From Botryllus schlosseri (taxonomy: Eukaryota), in contig CM119371.1 of assembly GCA_051294905.1 (NCBI GenBank), forward strand, positions 16,308,001 through 16,372,000: 64,000 bases of DNA, read 5' to 3'. A model generated the notes under the pieces. The model saw only the letters and a list, made by a program, of their open reading frames with translations. It was not told where the DNA came from and ran no database searches. Positions 59,540 through 64,000 of this stretch are shown piece after piece. A program made the translations under genes and the position numbers. How positions within the stretch are numbered: position 1 is the first letter of the stretch; every line of letters starts with the position of its first letter.

Positions 59540-60612
59540 CTATATAGCTTCCATGCTTTGGAGAACAGTGTGTATCGAATCCCTCAAGCGGCACGTATAC
59601 TCGCGCCTTTATATGATTTGAATCTGGCTTTCAGTTGTGGGCAAAACTCTTGGTCTGGCTCCATCAAATAATCATCATATGACTCCATTACTTTACTCTG
59701 TACATTTTCCTACGCAAATTGCTTGATTTTCATCTTGAACCTGCTGAGATATCCTTCTATATGGATATCAGATATGTTTAAGAGGCAGGGGTAGGCCATT
59801 CATGGAAACCGGAAGTGAAATCAGATTCGATAAATAAGTGGAACTTGAGCATATCTGACAAGGAGAATGTGGTCAGGTCAGTAACGAAGAACGTCCAATT
59901 TTTAGAATATTCTGGTGGATTTAATCTGCTTGCACTACTCACCAAAGTGGTTTTATGTATTTATATTGCTGCCACTTCAACTCGACATTTCTCAAAATAT
60001 AATGATCCGTTTTTACACTTCGTATTTGGTAACGTAGAAAGTTTATTTGGAATATATCTTTATCCTTTTTACGACTAAATTTCTTGGAGATACAGAACTT
60101 TAGTAAACCAATGAATAGCATAGCCTATTCATATTGAAATGAGCCCGAATATTTTCAGATGACACTTGTGAGAGGTAATCGTCAGCAACTAGTAGAGAAT
60201 TGGAAATGATATTCTCTGTCAACAATCGCCACGAACTTTCATATAAGAGAGCGTACAATGTACTATTTTAGATGGTACACGGACTCCTTTTGTTGACACA
60301 GCATTGGCTGATGTATTTTGATAGAAGTCGACTTTAAAGCACACAAATAAAAGTGTGAACGGCCCGTCCCAAGGACGCAAAATATGTCGCCTCGGTAATT
60401 TATCGCCCATAAGCGGGATTATTCCACACATATTTGCCAATGGCAGAATTTACGGCCTTTGATTGCTCAGCAACAAGCTATACCAAATGAGCGAAATAGT
60501 CTTGATTATATTCTCGACAATTGCAAGTCTATGTGGCGTCAATGTCTTGTGTCGGTCACGAAAACCTGTGACTTCGACTAACGACTAAAATTATGCGACG
60601 CATCGTTTAAAC

Positions 60613-62296
60613 CAGTGGTTCTCAATCTTTTAGTTTCCGCGGACCCCTTTTGCACCGTCTCGGACCCCGCGGACCCCCAGAGTATTAGTTGGAATTTAGC
60701 TCTATTATCGTGAGACCGTCATCTGTCTTGTGCAAATATCAACTGTAGGATAGTGATAGAGATAAACAGCAACAAAATGACCATTCTTGTAAATTATATC
60801 ATTGATAGCCTCTTATTATATATATATATTATTATTATTATAGACTCTTATTTAGGGTTACCATACGTCCTTCTTTTTCAGGCTTTTGAAAATGCTCTCC
60901 GAGGACCCCCAAATGTTCTCCTTTTAGGAAATGCATCCTCCTTTACAGCCTTTTGAAGCTAAGATGATGACGCAAATTCGTGGTTCGAACGTAAGTGACG
61001 ACTAGGGCTGGGCAAAATCGAGTACCTGAGTGATTCGATTCTGAATCACGTATTATGCTTCGAGTCGAGTCGAGTATTCGAGTATCACACATTATGACGT
61101 CATCACAGAATGTCGTATGTCAAAGTTCAAATATGTACCTTTTATGCCACAGCAAAGAATATAATGCCTTTTAGGCTGTTATCCACCACAGCAAAGATGC
61201 TTTGATATTTTTTCGACCATACCGATTTCATTGCACTTCGTGACAAGGTTATGGGATGATTATGACTTCGAAAATGTGTTATTTCACGTAAGCTTTGTAG
61301 CTTTTTACTATGTTTCGTATGCTTCAATGCAGCCAATCAGTGTTTTAAGCCTTCCACATTGGAAACTAGTATCAAAACTATAATTCTCGTTGATAAATTA
61401 ACTTTCAGTGGCGAGGAGCTTGTAATTTCAGTACTCGAAAATATCGTCTTTTACTACTCGACTCGAATCATTAAAATTAATACTCGATTCAGATTCGAGT
61501 ACTCGAATCATTGTGCCCAGCCCTATAGTGACAACTTTTTTGTTAGTGAGTACCACTAATTTTCAAGTAAAAAGTGTGTAAACCGACTGGCGATCGAAAA
61601 GGACGACCTTTTCAGTAAACCAACCACAAAGCCGAGAAAAATTTACCATACTTTCAGAATTTCACTCCACAATTTCAAGTCTGAAAATTTTGAAAAAGTG
61701 TCCTTCTTTCCCGATTCCGAAATATAGTAACCCTACTCTGATAATTTCAAAGCGATTTCTGCGGCTAAATTTCTTGAAATATGCGATGGGGCCTTGAAAG
61801 TCCACGCCGTCTATTTTATATTAACGAGTACCGAAAATCCATTTCTAGAAAGATATGTGGTTGCGAATGTGATAATAACGCGCAACGCTTCCGACGGAAC
61901 CTTTGGGTAGGCTCGCAACATTTGTCACGAAAATTGAGTAACAGATATTTAGTGAACATATAACGCCCAGCATAGTTATTCCTATCTAGCAGCTCATCTT
62001 GAGGTGATCCCGGAACAGCGGTTATGCATATCACAGGAAAATTTGTTTTATTTTGCTCCAACTGCAACAAAACATCTCTAAACAGCACTCTATTTGTATT
62101 AGTACGCTATTGACAATTTGACAATAAATGAGTTTGAACGGTAGGATATTTCATCTCTAACGACCAGTCTGTTTATATGGTTTATGAAGCGAAACTAAAT
62201 CGTGCTTTCTACAATTCAAAAAAATAAAACGAAAATGAGGTTATCAATCAATATGCAAATTTGGAGGTTTCGCGGACCCTCGGTTGAGAACCACCG
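60613..62296 (-). mobile_element. Buster-type hAT element with hATC remnant and two nested MITEs
   Basis: CAGTGGTTCTCAA…TTGAGAACCACCG; homologous to 26110-26830. Nested family A-type at 60853-61735, and inside it a TAGGGCTGGGC-TIR MITE at 61003-61525. Confidence 0.78.
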
Positions 62297-62847
62297 GGCT
62301 AAACCTACCTCCGGTAACTACTTATACAGGAGAGCTATTTGATTCATTTTATACTTCCATTCGAGGTAGTTTTGACATGCCATGAAATCGTTACTTCCAC
62401 TATTTCCAATTGCAATTGAGTAAATAAACATTCACGCTGATAGTTATATTTCTGCTTGCGTACCCGCGCTGACTACTTTGTCCCCTCTTCTCACGCGATA
62501 GTGAGACTACACAGATCCGCGGAGAAAGTTACAGCTCAGTGTTCTCGTTTGTCGTAATGGGGCAAACTTGACTTGTTTTACTGGGCTTTCTCAATTCAAG
62601 TTGGAAAGCTTAATCTACGGTTAATGTGCATGAGGCTGCGTATATGCATTCACCCAATTTTCTACTAACTACCCAAACTACCCAAATATAATCCAAGTTG
62701 AGGTAAATAGGGGAGCTTCATTAAGTAGGCCTACCCATAGAACTAATTTTTACTCTAAATAAGCCCTTGTGATGAGCTAATTACCGCATAGGTCTATTGG
62801 ATGAACAGAACACAAATTTCGACCCGAAAATTTGGTCCTGGTTTTAA

Positions 62848-62985
62848 AGCGGCACTGCGCTCTAAAAATAATGTAGTCTCAAATTGAAGGGCACATCTAT
62901 TTTTTTTTGGGCCACAGCCATTTTCTTCAGAAAGCCACCGTGATGGACCTGCAATTAAATGGAATTTTTAGAGCGCAGTGCCCCT
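62848..62985. mobile_element. Kolobok-like MITE (TTAA TSD)
   Basis: TTAA|AGCGGCACTGCGCTCTAAAA…TTTTAGAGCGCAGTGCCCCT|TTAA; a matching right end also occurs near 54456-54478. Confidence 0.7.
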
Positions 62986-64000
62986 TTAATCGGAAACTCG
63001 ACTGCAGACACCAGATGTTGATTTAGTTCAAAACATTACGATTTTGCGATTATGAGTGACTTCTGGGAGGTATGAATTTCGACTTCAAAATCAAACACAA
63101 TGCAGGATTTGTAATCGAAAATACGACTTGCAGATCAAACACAATGCAAGATTTGTCATCGAATACCCCGCTATAATCTTGGTGTGACGCTGTAAGAAAT
63201 AAGTTGAATCCTGTCAATTGAGTTACAGAACATACCGCAAGGCCGTGACTGTCGCACCTCCGAAACCCATATGGCGACCAAGGTCAACGGGGCCCACAAT
63301 CAATTCGTAAACTAAATATGAAGTAGAATATATGTAGGAAAATATATTATTGTCAATCAACAGTTGAATGACGTCAGCAGCATCGACCTCAACGAGATTT
63401 GTAAATCGAATTATTATTATCAATAAGACAATACTTTAAATTGGTGCGAGTGAATGCGAAAACGGTTAACAGGCTTTCATGCAATACTCACCGGAGGCTC
63501 TTTATAAGTATGAACAATCCAATTAGCACTTGCGTGGAGTATGGGGGGATGTAAGTTTGGCTCTAAAGGATTTGTGATTGAGAAAGTGATAATGAATTGC
63601 GGAATGAGGGCATACACGCCAATAAAACTAGTTGACCAAGGTAAAATTCACGTGCAGAGGAATTTTTTCAGCATTTGAAACATTTGGCTGAGAACAAAGT
63701 TTTAAATAAATGCTATTTCAAACATTTTCTGTTGTTGCATAGTGTATATATGGTCAATATATATTCGGGAAAATATAGTATCAACCTTTGGACGACCTGC
63801 ACAAGACATTGTCGACGTATGCGATATGCGAATATGGAATCATAAGACACCTTGATATTGTCGATGGTTCTGCAGTTATGACCCGCAGGATTATCTATCA
63901 CGTGAATCTATGAATGTTCCAATGATAACGGCAGCATGCCATGAACGCTGCATGGTGAGGTAATCCTGGCCTAAAAATATATTCTACTCATGAATACGAC

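Overview
Animal (invertebrate, AT-rich, repeat-dense) genomic DNA, possibly tunicate, though that is not provable from the sequence. The window is dominated by one minus-strand, multi-exon integrin beta-subunit gene. I assembled 17 coding exons by hand (ATG at 57572 to a phase-0 donor at 5854). All junctions are GT-AG and phase-compatible, giving 2424 nt = 808 aa: signal peptide, PSI, hybrid, betaI/vWA domain with intact MIDAS/ADMIDAS/SyMBS, 4 I-EGF repeats, beta-tail, TM helix and the proximal cytoplasmic tail. The terminal NPxY-coding exon was not found in the window. The protein is atypical: 60 extracellular Cys rather than the usual 56 (a 4-Cys insert in the beta-tail), an N-glycan sequon inside the specificity-determining loop, altered betaI motifs and a W->C change in the tail. 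Introns are packed with non-autonomous DNA transposons, mostly hAT-type with 8-bp TSDs and often nested up to four deep. There are also a decayed piggyBac, Kolobok-like and TA-TSD MITEs, LINE and SINE fragments, and large repeat copies in inverted orientation around blocks of exons. No prokaryotic system, CRISPR array or intact transposase was found, and most of the supplied ORFs are spurious.
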